Below are positions 12,368 through 25,496 of a stretch of 64,000 bases of DNA, in pieces (position 1 is the stretch's first letter; the number at the start of each line of letters is the position of its first letter). Made by a program: the position numbers and the translations under genes. A model generated the notes under the pieces. That model was not told the DNA's origin. It worked only from the letters and a program-made list of their open reading frames with translations, and did not search any database. The stretch comes from Rotaria socialis (Eukaryota), in assembly GCA_905331295.1 (NCBI GenBank), contig CAJNYD010000044.1, positions 124,001 through 188,000 of the forward strand. The letters are read 5' to 3'.

Positions 12368-13989
12368 TGAGACATATTGTTTGTAAATATTTATTAGTTG
12401 TTTTGCTTTTTTTCCTGTCGTTTGTTATTGGTTTATTGTACAGTGAACATAGTCTGTTTTGTTTTTCGATAGTTGTGAAGACGTAAGAAGATTTATCTTA
12501 AAGTTGCTATTGCATGTGAACTAGGATGAAAGTTTGTTTTTATTTATCTCGTTGTTATTGTTGCTATATGGAGAAAAAACTATTGCTTGAAGAAAAATAA
12601 ACAAGATGATTAAGAAGAAGAAGATATTGTAATTCTAGTTTTTGATGAATAAATATTCTTTCGAACACGCATCTGTATGGATATTTAAATCTATCAGTGA
12701 GAAATGACTGTATGAAACCGAGTTTTATTCTTTTCTAGTTTTTAATATGATCGAATAATACTTTTTTAGTATTTACTTCAAACTTGATATTCGAGTAAAT
12801 GTCCTTGAGGATTATTAATGTTGTGATTTTACCAGTCAGTTTTATATAAAATACATAAATGAGTTGTTTAGTGTCGATTTATCTTGTAAACGAGAAAATA
12901 CAATTCAAATATTACAATGGTTAATAATAATCGAACCATATCCAATTTTGTTAAATTGATTCTTGTCGACTTTGGAAACAAATTGAATAGTTCCATTCAT
13001 AATTTTAGATTCCTATTACACAGAGAATGTAGAATTGATGATTAACATTTGAATAAATATGCAACATATCATGTGAACATCTGTCTCATTCAATTTTTCA
13101 CGATCACAAAGTGTATTTCAATGATTTCTTATCGATGAATAACTCCATTATTCTTTTTATATATTTAATGCCCAACGAGTATAGGATTTTTACAGTGAAC
13201 TATACGCATAAATTGTTAAATAGCGCAATGAACTCACTGAAAAAAAGACTTTTGAAATTTAGAAATTGATTAAGACATATAAATATAATCAAATAAAACT
13301 TAATCTACTGGATAAGTACGCCGATATTTTTATCCATAGAACAATTGTATTTAAACCAGAGTAATCATGAGATTTTAGAATTCTTACGTTCTTATTTTTC
13401 TTATCATCTCTGCAGGAAAAAAGTGGATAATATTTACTATACAAGTTTTGTCAGATAATATTCGATAATATCTTATTTTATTTTATAGGATAAATATTGT
13501 ATTTTTGTAATGACAGAATTACATTTGCATTTTTTACTTGCAAATAGCTTTTAGTTTCTATCATGTGCGAACTTTGCAAATCCATTGAAAATTTTGTTAG
13601 TAAACTAATAAAAATCGAATATTTTCATACGAAACGTTTTTTGTTTTATTGTAGAATAATCGAGCTGAGGAGAAATAAATAATTTTACGAACAAAATCGA
13701 ATATTGGTAACTGTTCGACAACATGATAGCTTAGAGTGGCGAAGAGAGAGAATATTGAAATGAGACTTCACTGATATAGATGCACTCTACCAACAGTATC
13801 ATAGACTATTATTCTTCTCTAGAATATAATCAAGTTCAATAAAGTCATGATAGATCATGGAAAACACATACATCTAAATTTCAGAGAATTTCGTATCAAA
13901 AAATAAGAAATTCTGAAATCATTTTAGAAATAAAAGAGTTCTCTTCGTATCATATTGATTTTAAAAAATCTAGTGTATTTTATTTGAAT

Positions 13990-16154
13990 ATGACTGGCAA
14001 ATACACTAAGAGTTCAGTCGATATTTCGAATCCTTCCGAAGAAACAATTGAACTATCAAAAATGATTAATCTAATCGACGAGAATGAGAATATACCACTT
14101 CTTTCCTTGGACGAAGCGATCAATCCACTTCGTGTCGTTGTTCCAGAGCTTGAACAGATGGTTTTGATAGTGAGAAAAGTTAATAATACATCACCAAATA
14201 TTTTTAAAATTGATGAATCACATTCCATCTTATTATGTACGATGAAATCGACGCCCATAGATACATCGTTTCGTGTGATTCTCAACAATATCTTACAAAC
14301 AAGAAATCTAACACTATTGAAACCATGGTTGTATGATATCAAACTATTAATGACAGCTTTAAGTAAACTTACAACGAATTTCTCTCGTATTACTGTTTAT
14401 CGTGCTGTAAAATTGAATTGAATTACACAATATTCTGAAGGGTGAGTATTGATTTGGTGGAACGTTGCATCATGTACAAGTTCTCTTAATATTCTTAACA
14501 ACGGAGATGTTTTCGGTCAGAATGGAGAACGAACATTATTTATTATTGTTAGTAAATCTGGTAAAAGCATTCGCCAACATTCACTTTATCCTAATTAAGA
14601 AGATATATTACTCCCTGCTGCTTGTCAACTTCAAGTAACGGATTCAATTCGACGCTGGTCATGAGCTGCATTTAATTCATTTGAAGGGAATTCGATCAAC
14701 ACAAAAAACACGTAATAGTTTCGCCAGAAAAATATAAACTTCAGATGATCGATCTTTCACAGCGATCATCTATATCTTCGTCATTCCAAAACACTGGCAA
14801 AGCCCATTCATCAAGCAGACTGATCATTAGAAAAACCATTTAACAGTCATCAATTGACTCTACGATGCCGAAACATATTAGTCAATTGCTGAAACGTACC
14901 GATCCCAAGGTTAAAAAGTGTATTGAAAGCTTATATACGAATCCGGTAATTCTTTTTGATATACGTAGTATATCCTAACAATTTTGATTAACAAAAAGAC
15001 CTATATATGATTCCTGTAGAATTCATATCATCAGTCTATAAATGATATCATTAGTTTTGTTTTGATATAGACATTGGTCACTCTAGAGATTACATGGAAT
15101 GAAATTGGTGATGATGAAGCCAAAGCGATTGCCTATTCAATTCAACAAAATAAAGTGATGTCAAACCTGTTATCTCTTCTTTATTTTTCATTTTTTGTGC
15201 ATGTAATTTAGATGATTACTACATTAGATCTTCAACATAATCTGATTGGACCCCAAGGAGCACAACATCTCGCTAAAGTTTTACAAAAAGAAAACATGAT
15301 AAATCTATTTATTTTTTTGTTTACGTTAGTATTTGCGGATTATGCTAGATATTGACGGCAATCAATCTCGAAAATAATCATATTGGAGATGAAGGAGCAC
15401 AATATTTTGCTAACGCTTTACGGCTAAATAAAGTAACTTGATTATTGCTTCACCTCTTTTCCACATTATATTATCATTTGTTTATTTATTATATTAGAAG
15501 TTAACCTAACTAAATCTTCGTACGAATCAAATTAGATCACAAGGAATTCAACATCTTTTCATGGCATTAGAACAAAATCAAGTAATGTTACTTCCGCTAG
15601 TTCTATGATTTCGCTGATGTGTCACATATTTCAGACGCTCACTAAACGTTACCTTCGATCCAATCCGATCGATAACTTAGGAGCCAGTTATCTAGCAAAT
15701 GTTCTACAAAAAAATCAAGTGATCTAACGTTTTATATCGCTTCTTTGTTATTATTTTATTTACTCATTATCCTAGACTCTCACAGCACTAAGCCTCGCCA
15801 ATAATCGAATAACAACAAAGAGAGCTCAACACTTTGTCAATGCTCTACAGATAAACAAAGTAACGATTTTTTTTTCTGACGTACATGTCTTCCCGGGTTC
15901 ATTGTTCTAGACTCTCACAACACTTGATCTTCAGAGCAATGAAATTGGACCTATTGAAGGACAATATCTTGCTAATGCTCTGGAAGCAAACAAAGTAACC
16001 GAAATTCTTCTTCTACTTCTATCATTCCATTCGTCATTGGCTATTTTAGATGCTCAAAATTCTAAATTTAAAAAATAACCAAATCGGTATTGAAGCAACA
16101 CGACGCATCACAGAGAGCATACAACATAATTTTACTCTGCATACCATCATATAA
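13990..16154 (+). pseudogene. ADP-ribosyltransferase (R-S-E type) fused to 8 RI/NLRC3-type LRR exons; disabled
   Basis: ART motifs TVYRAV, WWNVASCTS, RTLFII..GKSIRQHS.YP..EDILL. In-frame stops at 14419, 14443, 14596 and 15507. Frameshift near 14650. Donor GT changed to AT at 15296. LRR exons read like TLTTLDLQSNEIGPIEGQYLANALEANK. Confidence 0.85.
15071..16154 (+). repeat. Tandem array of 84-nt phase-0 LRR exons
   Basis: Seven 84-nt exons (e.g. 15071-15154, 15212-15295) plus a terminal exon. Each encodes one 28-aa LxxLxLxxNxIG repeat and they are separated by short introns. Confidence 0.9.
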
Positions 16155-16753
16155 ACAATCTCTATCGAACGAGTACTAAATAAAAGAACAGCACTCCTGA
16201 AAGAATGAATTTTGTAAAACAAATGATTCACAATGCTTATTTTGCTATCAAAGATGAATCTCATAATCACATGAAAAGTTTTCTATCTATAAATGATCAC
16301 TTGCATTTCGTTTTATTAAACAATTGAAAAATATTTCCATTGAAAATATCCATTACTATTCTTGATTTTAAATTCGTCTCTATAAATCAAGTTTACCATG
16401 GTGAAACAAAAACATTTATTCTAAAAAATTAAAGAAAAAAACGATATCCATAAAAACAAAACAAAAAGGAAACCATAAGCGTTTGTCAAGGCCAACATAA
16501 ATTAAGATTTTTGAGCTATATTAAAAGTAAAACAGGAAATGCAACAGCAACACGAAAATACTTGCTTGTGGATATTGAAAACAATGAGAAAAAGAAAGAT
16601 TTGAAAAAAATTAACATGAATGGAATGTACGACTAAATAGGATTAAGCGAATACATTTTCCTGATGTTAGATCGATCTAACCGAAATATTTATTTCTATT
16701 AGCTACTAAATTTCTACTTTTTTTCATATTGAATTAGTAATGTAAGTAATTTG

Positions 16754-19700
16754 TTAGTGGTAGTCGGTCACCAGTCTACAATGAAAAACACAAAAGTGAA
16801 AGACTAATATCTACATAGAATCTCTTCGTCGTTCTATAAGAGGAACAGTATTTTTATCGATTAAAACATTACGTACACAATCAGCACGCTGTTCGCTCAC
16901 TCGTTCATTAAATGACATAGAAAATTCATCCACATTTGGCTCTTCTGTTGACATAGATCGTTCATTACGAATTCTTTGATTAGAAGATTGTTTTCGATTC
17001 AGATGTTGGTGACAACGTTTAACAATAAATGCCATCACCTTATTTGATAGAAAATAAATAAAATTGCTTTTCAACGAAAAATTTCACTTACGCCTGCGAA
17101 AATACCGATGATTATAAATAAAAAGAGCATAGTATTCGATGGGCTATATCGATAGTTTTTTCGTTGCTCTGCTGCCTGAGAAATCTGATAACTGTTTAAT
17201 AATGTTTGTGGTGAATTTTTTACAGTTGACTTCGTTGTTGACGTTATTACTGCAGTTGCTGTTATACTTTCATCAATAGATAAACAGCTTATATCTGTTG
17301 CATTGATTTGTAAACAAAGTTGATTTTTACAATTTGTTGTTCCCTGCTTCATACAGAGATTTAGTATTTCAGTTTGCTGATTATTGATGAGAAAAAACGA
17401 ACGAATATGTTCTTGTGTTAATGTTATCAAATGATTAGAAAAACGATCATTTCCATAGAGTTGAATTATTCTTAAAGATTTTTCGGATGTGATCGAATAG
17501 AGTAAACCATCCTAAATTATAAATTCAAACACAAAATGATTTCCTTCCAATAAAATATACATACATTGAAAAATGCGAATAACCATGCAGACGTTAGCCG
17601 TATTGAGGTATCATGACATTGTTTAAAATTACTATCGCATGTATAAACAGAGAACTGTTTATCATTTTTCATATTTGATACTGTCCAAAAAAGACGTTTA
17701 AATGATGCATCTAAAATAAAATGTTTGAAACGTTTTCTGTTGCTTTCAAAATGAATGTTTTCTTACCATAAATAAATCTTTGTATTTCACGATCAGTTCT
17801 ATATAAAACTTGTGTTGCATTAGGTTCAGACATATTTGATATCAAAAATTCATACTGAGAAGCAAAAATAATTTGTCTATTAAAAATATCGATTTCAATT
17901 GATTGTATTAAATTTGTGATATTATTTAATTGCCAAGAATGCATATTGATAGTTGAAGGAGTAACACATGTAACCGGTGTATACATACGGAGTGTTTGTG
18001 ATTGATTTTCAATAATAAATAAAGTTTTTCCATTTTCATCATAAGCTAAACTATGAATGCTAACATTGGAAATAAGAATAATAGATTTTAGCGTTATACT
18101 TGATGTACTAGAGGTAAGACATAAGATTATTTATATCAAATCAAAAAATAAACAACTAACCATAGAATATCTTTTAGTATGTGATCATAATGGATTATGA
18201 AATGTTGCTTTGAATCGTATTGAATACGGTCAAAATGCTGGTTTTTCTCAATATTAATTGTATCCAATAGTTTTGATTCGTAAAAATCACCAGTATTAAA
18301 AATACTGTAGAGGATAATGTTTTTATCAAATAATATTAATAAATTAGGTTTTGATTGATCTATGTAAAGATTTATCAAAATAATAAATTTTCGAAAACAA
18401 AACTAAAGCGATCAAACCACTATCAATTTTTCGGCAGGTTCTTCTCTTTTCATCGTGACTGAAACCCGATGGACATGAGCAGTTAAAGTCACCATCTGTA
18501 TTTAAACAATTGAATGAGCAATACATACGCGTAGAATCACTACATTCGTCGAAATCTAATATCATGAACTATTATTTATTTTACACAATAAAGAATTCTA
18601 AAGCTGACCTTGACACGACTGTACTTGATTTTGTGATGAATTCGTCACTAATCGATGACCTTTGTTCGTACATCGACAGAGACTATCCACTATTCGATGT
18701 TGAATACAAGTCACGTCAGACTTTGACTTACACATGGATTGTAAAGGACATTTATCGGTACATTCATGCTCATCGTCACCCATAGGACAATCTTTACTGT
18801 TAAAATTAATCATTAACGATTTCCAAAATAAAATGCGAACACTCTACACTTACTATCCATCACAGAAACGATCTTTCGATATACAGGTGGGATGTATAAG
18901 TGATGATGATGATGATGATAATGATAAACAAGTGTAGCTATTTGATGATGGCGAACATGAATCTGGTACTGAAAATATATATGAAGATAAAATACTGAAT
19001 ATTTCCTAGAGAATTAACTTCTTAGTATTCCTTTTAGGAGTCGCTTCTATCGATTATCGACAGTTGTGACTTGAAGTTGCGGCAATAGTCCTATTTTCTA
19101 ATCGATTTACTAGGAAAAATTATTTCTGATAGAACAATTCAATCGGTTGTCGATCTATTATTTCTCTTATAGATTCTAATGTTTTACCGTCTAAACTAAC
19201 AAATGCCGTCACATTAGCTTATAAAAATCTTGAATTTTTTGTCGCTAAAAAACTTCGACAGAAACCTGATTTTAACAAATTTATTTTTCATTGGAAAAGG
19301 ATAAGTTTTAATAAAACTTTAGATAGCGAAATGAAAGATTTGATTGTAAAATAAGAATATTACACTAAACTGCTAACAAAAGTGTATCTAGGAATATTCC
19401 AAAGAGACAAATGATGCATTCGCGCTTTTTCTAAACCTGAAGTTAAATACTAAGCGACCCGTTCTCGACGACAGGAAATCCTGAAGGAAATGAACTTTCT
19501 CAGAATCTGCTTACTTGCTGATGTCAAATGAGTACAGTTTTGTTCATCATATCCATCTGAACAATGTGAAATGCCATCACACATCTACAAAAAGAAGTAC
19601 AGAATTTCAATCATCAAACATATGAAATATTTTCTTTTACTTTTGACTGATGAATACATTCACCAGTTGGACAATGAATTTTATCTGATGCACATAAATT

Positions 19701-20307
19701 ATTATGACAGATAGCACCTTCATCACTCCCATCTGGACAATTATGTACTGTATCACATATGCGAGTTTTTTCAATACATTTCCTGCCAGTCGTACATGGC
19801 CAAAATCCCGACTGACATTTTGTTGTACCTAGCATTAGAAATAGACTATTTCAAAGTTCATATATTTAACTGACCACATGAATTTTCATCTTCATTATTA
19901 ACACAATCTTTTGTACCATCACATATTTGTGAAGGCGATAAACATTCAAATACAGGATAAGATTCGTCATGAGTCGTTACACAGGCCAACGATTCAGTTT
20001 CATCTTTTGGACAATAATGACCTACAGAACAATATTCAAGCGCGATCTCTTAGAAACAAAAACAAAACTATACGAACAAACGTTTTGACCATGTTCATTA
20101 ACGCAATCATGATAATCGACGCAAAATTCCTCAATATCTACACAATGTGTTTTATTTAAACAAGGTACTAAACTATCAGGACAACCGAAGTGTCCTTGTG
20201 AAACTACAAAAGAAAAGAATAGTTTTTCAAAAAAATCAATTCTTTTATTTACCGTTTACAATCATCAAAAGTATAACAAATAAAAAAGCAGTCCATCTGA
20301 CAATCAT
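16754..20307 (-). CDS. LDL-receptor/LRP-like type I membrane protein
   Basis: Signal peptide MIVRWTAFLFVILLMIVN. About five LDLa repeats (CDTVHNCPDGSDE, CDGISHCSDGYDE, CDGTKDCVNNEDE). EGF and Ca-EGF (DFDEC..CLNTDGDFNCSCPSGF). Degenerate propeller region, Thr-rich stalk, TM helix MLFLFIIIGIFAGVMAFIV. Start could be 20337 and stop could be 16811. Confidence 0.85.
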
Positions 20308-21312
20308 TTCTTGCGAAACTAAAATTAAAAATGCCATTGAATATTTTCATTTGTTCTTGTATTGATTATCAAGTATGTTTTACAATCTAAAAACAACCAA
20401 CCAATATGCGTGTTATTTCATTCCTCTAATATACATGATAAAATTTTTCTATCGAAACATACTATTTGCATTTTGTCAGATCCGATAATTTGACTTATTA
20501 TATGATTGATTGTATTGTATCAGCTATTTTTTGCAAGGTGGCCATCATAAAATGTGTGAATAAAATGTCTAAAATGAAAAAAAGGTAATGCTAATGTTCG
20601 ATATCTCATTAATTTCTATGATGAAGTATAATGTGTTGCAAAAACTACTTTGATGTTTATTTTATTATGTACACAGTTACAATGATGAAAATAGTAAAGA
20701 AGAAAAATAACAAATGTGATGTCACTACATACCTCCTACTGTACAACTACAGCTCATCAAAGGATAAGGTTAACCGGCGTGATTATGAAATACTGCTATA
20801 AAGTTATCAATATCGACCTTGCCTTTTACTGTTCATGATTAGAACAACAAAAGTTGATAAATGTCTTTCGGTGCACATGTATGAAGAAATATATTTTATT
20901 TCATATAGGTACGTGCATACTGAACAGTTATCTACATTTACAACTATTACGCATGTTCTTTATCGTTGAGAACCGATTCACGTTTTAATTAGTTGATTGA
21001 TGGGACGTATTTTGTCTACTGGTTCAGAAAAGAAGACATTTAGCAAAGACTGTTAAATTAAAATTACCCATCTACACTATTAATCATTCGGTTTATTCAT
21101 GCACTCTTTAAAAACGGAAATTCGGCAACTTCACTCGCCATTTTCTTTGCGGACAGCGAAGAAAAGTATTTAAAATAGATATCTAGCAGATAAAAAGATG
21201 TTTCATGCATTTCTACATCAGTTCATTTTCGAAATGAACTCCTTTTAAATTCATTAATCAAACATAGAAATTCGTACACATAAAACAAAAACAATGAACA
21301 TTATTTTTCTGT

Positions 21313-21948
21313 TTATTTTCTTTTTACTTCTACAAGTGTTGTTTTTATATCAAGAATTTTGTCAACAACATCACATTCAATTATTTCAAGTAGAACAGGT
21401 TGTCCTAATTTGAATACAAAATTATGATAAACAGGTGGTATTGTATCACGATGAAATGATGCATTGAAACGACTGTGAATTAGACAAGCTAAAAAATACT
21501 CAATAGAAAATCTTTTTTTTTGTCAAAATGAAGAAACCTTTACCTATATGTTTCTTTCCAAGTTTTGATACAATCGCGCGAACGCGTCTCCCACGCTCAG
21601 GTACAAATAACACAAAACTAAGTTTCACAGGCACCCATAATGTTGGTTCATCTTGAAATGTTTGTCCGACATTGGACAATAGATGAATCTTACCAATGGC
21701 CAGTAGAAAACCATTTAATCTTGAAAATAATTAAATTGTAATAAAAAAAAAATTTTTACATAATATTTAAAAACGTACTTTTTTGTTATTTCATTTGAAC
21801 TTTCTTCAAGTATTCGTTTAATACTTGATTTTACTTTTCCTATTTGACTTGGTGGTACTGGCACAAGAACTTTTTCACATTTATGTTCTAAACATGATTC
21901 TTTATCATTAATAAGCGGAAGAATGTCACTAATTTTACATAAATTCAT
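21313..21948 (-). CDS. POLR1F: RNA polymerase I subunit RPA43
   Basis: Three exons: LINDKESCL..VPPSQIGKVKSSIKRIL..|LNGFLLAIGKIHLL..DEPTLWVPVKLSFVLFVPERGRRVRAIVSKLGKKHI|ACLIHSRFNASF, matching RPA43 (FVIFCP..G....G.V.K....HIGCLVHGCFNASI). Confidence 0.85.
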
Positions 21949-22071
21949 TTCGTAGATTTTATCTATAAAAGAAACTTCAATAAGAATATTTTATTTTTTC
22001 AGCAAAGTTTCAGAAGAGAAAAGACGATGAAATTTATTTAACAATAGAAATTCTCGTTTATTTATTTTTCT

Positions 22072-22347
22072 TTAATGTGTTGTTACACGTTGAAAACCAA
22101 TGAGTTTATCCGGATCTTGATAAAGCCAGGCATCGGCTGATAATGATTGAATATTTTCGCGTATTTTTTGTAAATGTTGAGTATGTAATTCTTTTTCTGT
22201 TTCTGAGCGATAAAATTGTGTTGCATTTTCTAATTCAATGGTATTTAATATCATCGCATTATTATTCGTTGTAGTCGTTGTTGCCATTGTTGGCTCGACC
22301 GTAGGAACATGTGGAGATTGAAATAATGCTTTGCGACTGGCATCCAT
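22072..22347 (-). CDS. ANAPC16: Anaphase-promoting complex subunit 16
   Basis: MDASRKALFQ...HTQHLQKIRENIQSLSADAWLYQDPDKLIGF matches APC16 RKALF and LEADEWRFKPIEQLLGF. The ATG directly follows a tttttcAG acceptor. Confidence 0.8.
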   Translation of the reverse strand: MDASRKALFQSPHVPTVEPTMATTTTTNNNAMILNTIELENATQFYRSETEKELHTQHLQKIRENIQSLSADAWLYQDPDKLIGFQRVTTH

Positions 22348-23214
22348 CTGAAAAATCAAGAAATATTATTTTGAAAAATAAACGATTCAAAAGCCCCTTG
22401 TTCTTGCAAAGTCCAGTAAACTTTTTAAGAATAGATAAATAGTGACTTTACAATTCATTCTTTAGATTTACAAAGATCAACCGGTATAATATAATGGTTC
22501 AAAATGTGTAAATACCTTTCCTTTCGTTATGTCTAATGAGTCATGACGGCTTAGTGAAACCAATGAACAATCAATAGATGTCCTCCTAACATAATCAAAT
22601 TATATTTATTCCTACAGTTGATCAAATACTTTAAGAACTCATGATTTCAAACAAATAGTCTAACAGCATCAAAATACTGAAGAGTTTTTTTTTAGAAAAT
22701 TCAATGATATATATTTATATTCGACATCGAATTTGAAAAGAAAAACCGCAAGTAAGACAAGGCTCGTCAATAGAGAATAATACTTCTGGGAAAGAGAGCA
22801 TCGTGTATTGGATGAAGCTGCATCAATTATGCATCTTTCTACTTTTTCAGTGAAAACCTTTTTGAAAAAATATTTAGGGAACGATTATTTTGATGGATGA
22901 ATACAACATTTGATTAAATCTTAAGCAGTATAACTCGTCAACACGTTGAGAAACTCCATGTATTGCGTAAAATAAGGAAGAATCACTTTAGTTCCACGTT
23001 TAATCTGTTTAGATAATAGAACGTATCTGAATCATTTCCTCATTTACATCTTAGTTCAATTCAATAAAATGTTTCTTTTATCGTTAAATCTCAAAAACAA
23101 AACCATTGGTCTTACTAGTAGAATAATCTGTCTAACAACAGAAAAAAAAACGAACGAACAATAAAAAAAACAAAAAAACGATAAACACAAGAGAAAGTTC
23201 AGTTTCGAGAATGT

Positions 23215-23980
23215 TCAAGCAAGAATTTTCGACCGTTCACGATATGCAGTCCACCAAATAAGTCCAAATACGATAACAGCAAAAAATTCACTCGGCAGCC
23301 ATGGACCATAACTTGCTCCCTATAAATAAATAAATTTCTTAAAAATCACAACATTTTTTGTCTCATACCGGATGGCTTAATTCAACTTGACCAAATGGTT
23401 TAACTGCTTTGATAGCATCATCCGTTCGAGCCTACGAATAGATATTCACGATTTTAATCGATTTATTATTCTACAAATAACTTACTTTACGTAAAGTTGA
23501 ATAAGCTTCATCATCATATAATTTAACTATTGTAGAACCTTTCGCTAAGTGTTTATGAGTTGAAGTCGCTACACTAACCTAAAAAATGAATAAAGAAGGC
23601 TGATTTCTGTTTTGTTTTATCGATTCGCTTCATACATAATATTTTCCAGGCGATGAAACTGATTGAGCACAAGGAATAACATGTCCATTAATATCAGCAT
23701 ACAGAGTGCCTGGCTAAAAAAGATGTAGGACTTGTTGTTTTGAAAACGAAAAAATAATCACAAACTTGTTTTCCATTTTTGCATTTAACACTTATTTCAA
23801 GTTGAGCAGCTGATTCAGCTGTAAGACGAGCATCTTTCGTTGAATATGAATTAACTGTGAATTGTGGAGATTCACAATTTTCACCTGAAACAAAATAAAT
23901 TATCGAATAAATAAAGTAACCTTCTTTTTACCTCTGGCAACGGTGAATAGCACGAAAACGGCAAAAATAATTGACTTCAT
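23215..23980 (-). CDS. SSR4: Translocon-associated protein subunit delta (TRAP-delta)
   Basis: Six exons: signal peptide, ENCESP..SYSTKDA, LYADINGH, LYDDEAYSTLRKA, HPGASYGPWLPSEFFAVIVFGLIWWTAYRERSKILA*. Confidence 0.93.
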
Positions 23981-24314
23981 GGAAAAATATTGAATCAGCT
24001 TGTGAAAAAATACCAGCTACTGTTTGTTTGATGTGGCAAATATCGATGATAAAGCACATACAGTATTTCATTGGAGCATGTCTACTTATCAAAAATCAAA
24101 ATCGATTTTTACGATAGATGGCTTTGATTTGATCTCTTGTATTTTATTTGAAAAAAAATAATTAAAAAAGAAAGATTATTTTATTTAATTTTTAGTTGAA
24201 TCACAAGTGAGGACGGAGAAATAATTTTGAATGATCGATTTGCATGAACCAATCGATGATTTCCACAATAGAAGTACCTTTGCTTTCTATTTTTTTGTAC
24301 ATGACAGTCTAATA

Positions 24315-25496
24315 ATGTCGAACATGAGAATCGTTATTCAATGTTCAATTTTTATCTTTTTATTCCATTTTGCATCAAGTAACAAAGATGCTGTCACATG
24401 TGGCTCATCATTTAAATTGGTTAATCAGCAATCTGGAGATCGACTTCATTCGCATGATGTTAAATATGGTTCCGGCAGTGGGCAACAAGTAAGTTATTAT
24501 TATTATTTCAATTAGTTTAGCTTCAAAAATTTGCCATTTAGTCTGTTACTGGTACACCTAATGCTGATGATGTGAATAGTTATTGGCAAGTTCGTGGTGA
24601 TATAAGAAGTGATTGTGAACGAGGGTAAATAATAATTTCACAAGATTTCTTTTATTTGCTAACTAAGTTCTTTTTATATTTAATTCAGAGCTCCGATCAA
24701 ATGTGATACTGTCATACGTTTATATCATGTTACTACTCATCGAAATTTACATAGTCACAATTATCCTTCGCCATTATCAAACAATCAAGAAGTATCAGCT
24801 TATGGCGAAGAGGGTGTTGGAGACGAAGGCGATCGATGGAAAGCTGTTTGCACCACTAAAAATGATTATTGGTTAAGAAAAGATCCTATTCGATTACAAC
24901 ATGTTGTTACTGGAAAGTAAGAAAACATAGATTCAAATTTTAGTTATAACTGTTCCTCCTAAATTCATAACGACGGTTTTCTATCAGCTGCGGAGAATAG
25001 ATAAAAGTGAAAAGTTTTCCTCACGCATAGCTAAGTTCAATGCACAACGTGGAACAATACCTTTCGATTGATGAACTAAAACATCTTTCCCAATTCTCTT
25101 TCTGAGTGTACTGCGATTGGTTTCGATATTGAATACTATTTTACTACTCGAACACTCGGATATCCCCTTGAGGAAACTCTGTTCTACTATAATACTATTC
25201 GTAATTATTAGATATTTAAATCACAGATATCACCGGTTAGGCTTCGAGAAAGGATGGATAGATTTAAAATTCTAAAGTATTTGTTTAGATATCTTCATTT
25301 GAGTGGTGATACATATGGTCGACCCATTCATGGTCAAAAAGAAATCAGTTGTTATGCATATGCCAATAGTCAAAATCTTTGGAAAGTTGATGCCGGTGTT
25401 TATGTACGACAATCATCGGAACCATTGTCATCAACACGTGATGAGAACTACAACGCACAATCATCAAAAAATGATCATTTCGATGATGAACTTTGA
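24315..25496 (+). CDS. SDF2: Stromal cell-derived factor 2 (MIR-domain ER protein)
   Basis: VTCGSSFKL..RLHSHDVKYGSGSGQQ|SVTG..DDVNSYW, RNLHSHNYPSPLSNNQEVSAYGEEGVGDEGD, YGRPIHGQKEI. Ends in DDEL*. Confidence 0.95.

Noticed and set aside
14419..14598. Selenocysteine or readthrough recoding of in-frame TGAs in the ART exon
   Set aside because: The gene also has TAA stops, a frameshift and a mutated donor, so pseudogenisation is the simpler explanation.
15071..16154. CRISPR-like periodicity
   Set aside because: The repeating units are protein-coding LRR exons with GT-AG introns, not identical direct repeats with spacers.
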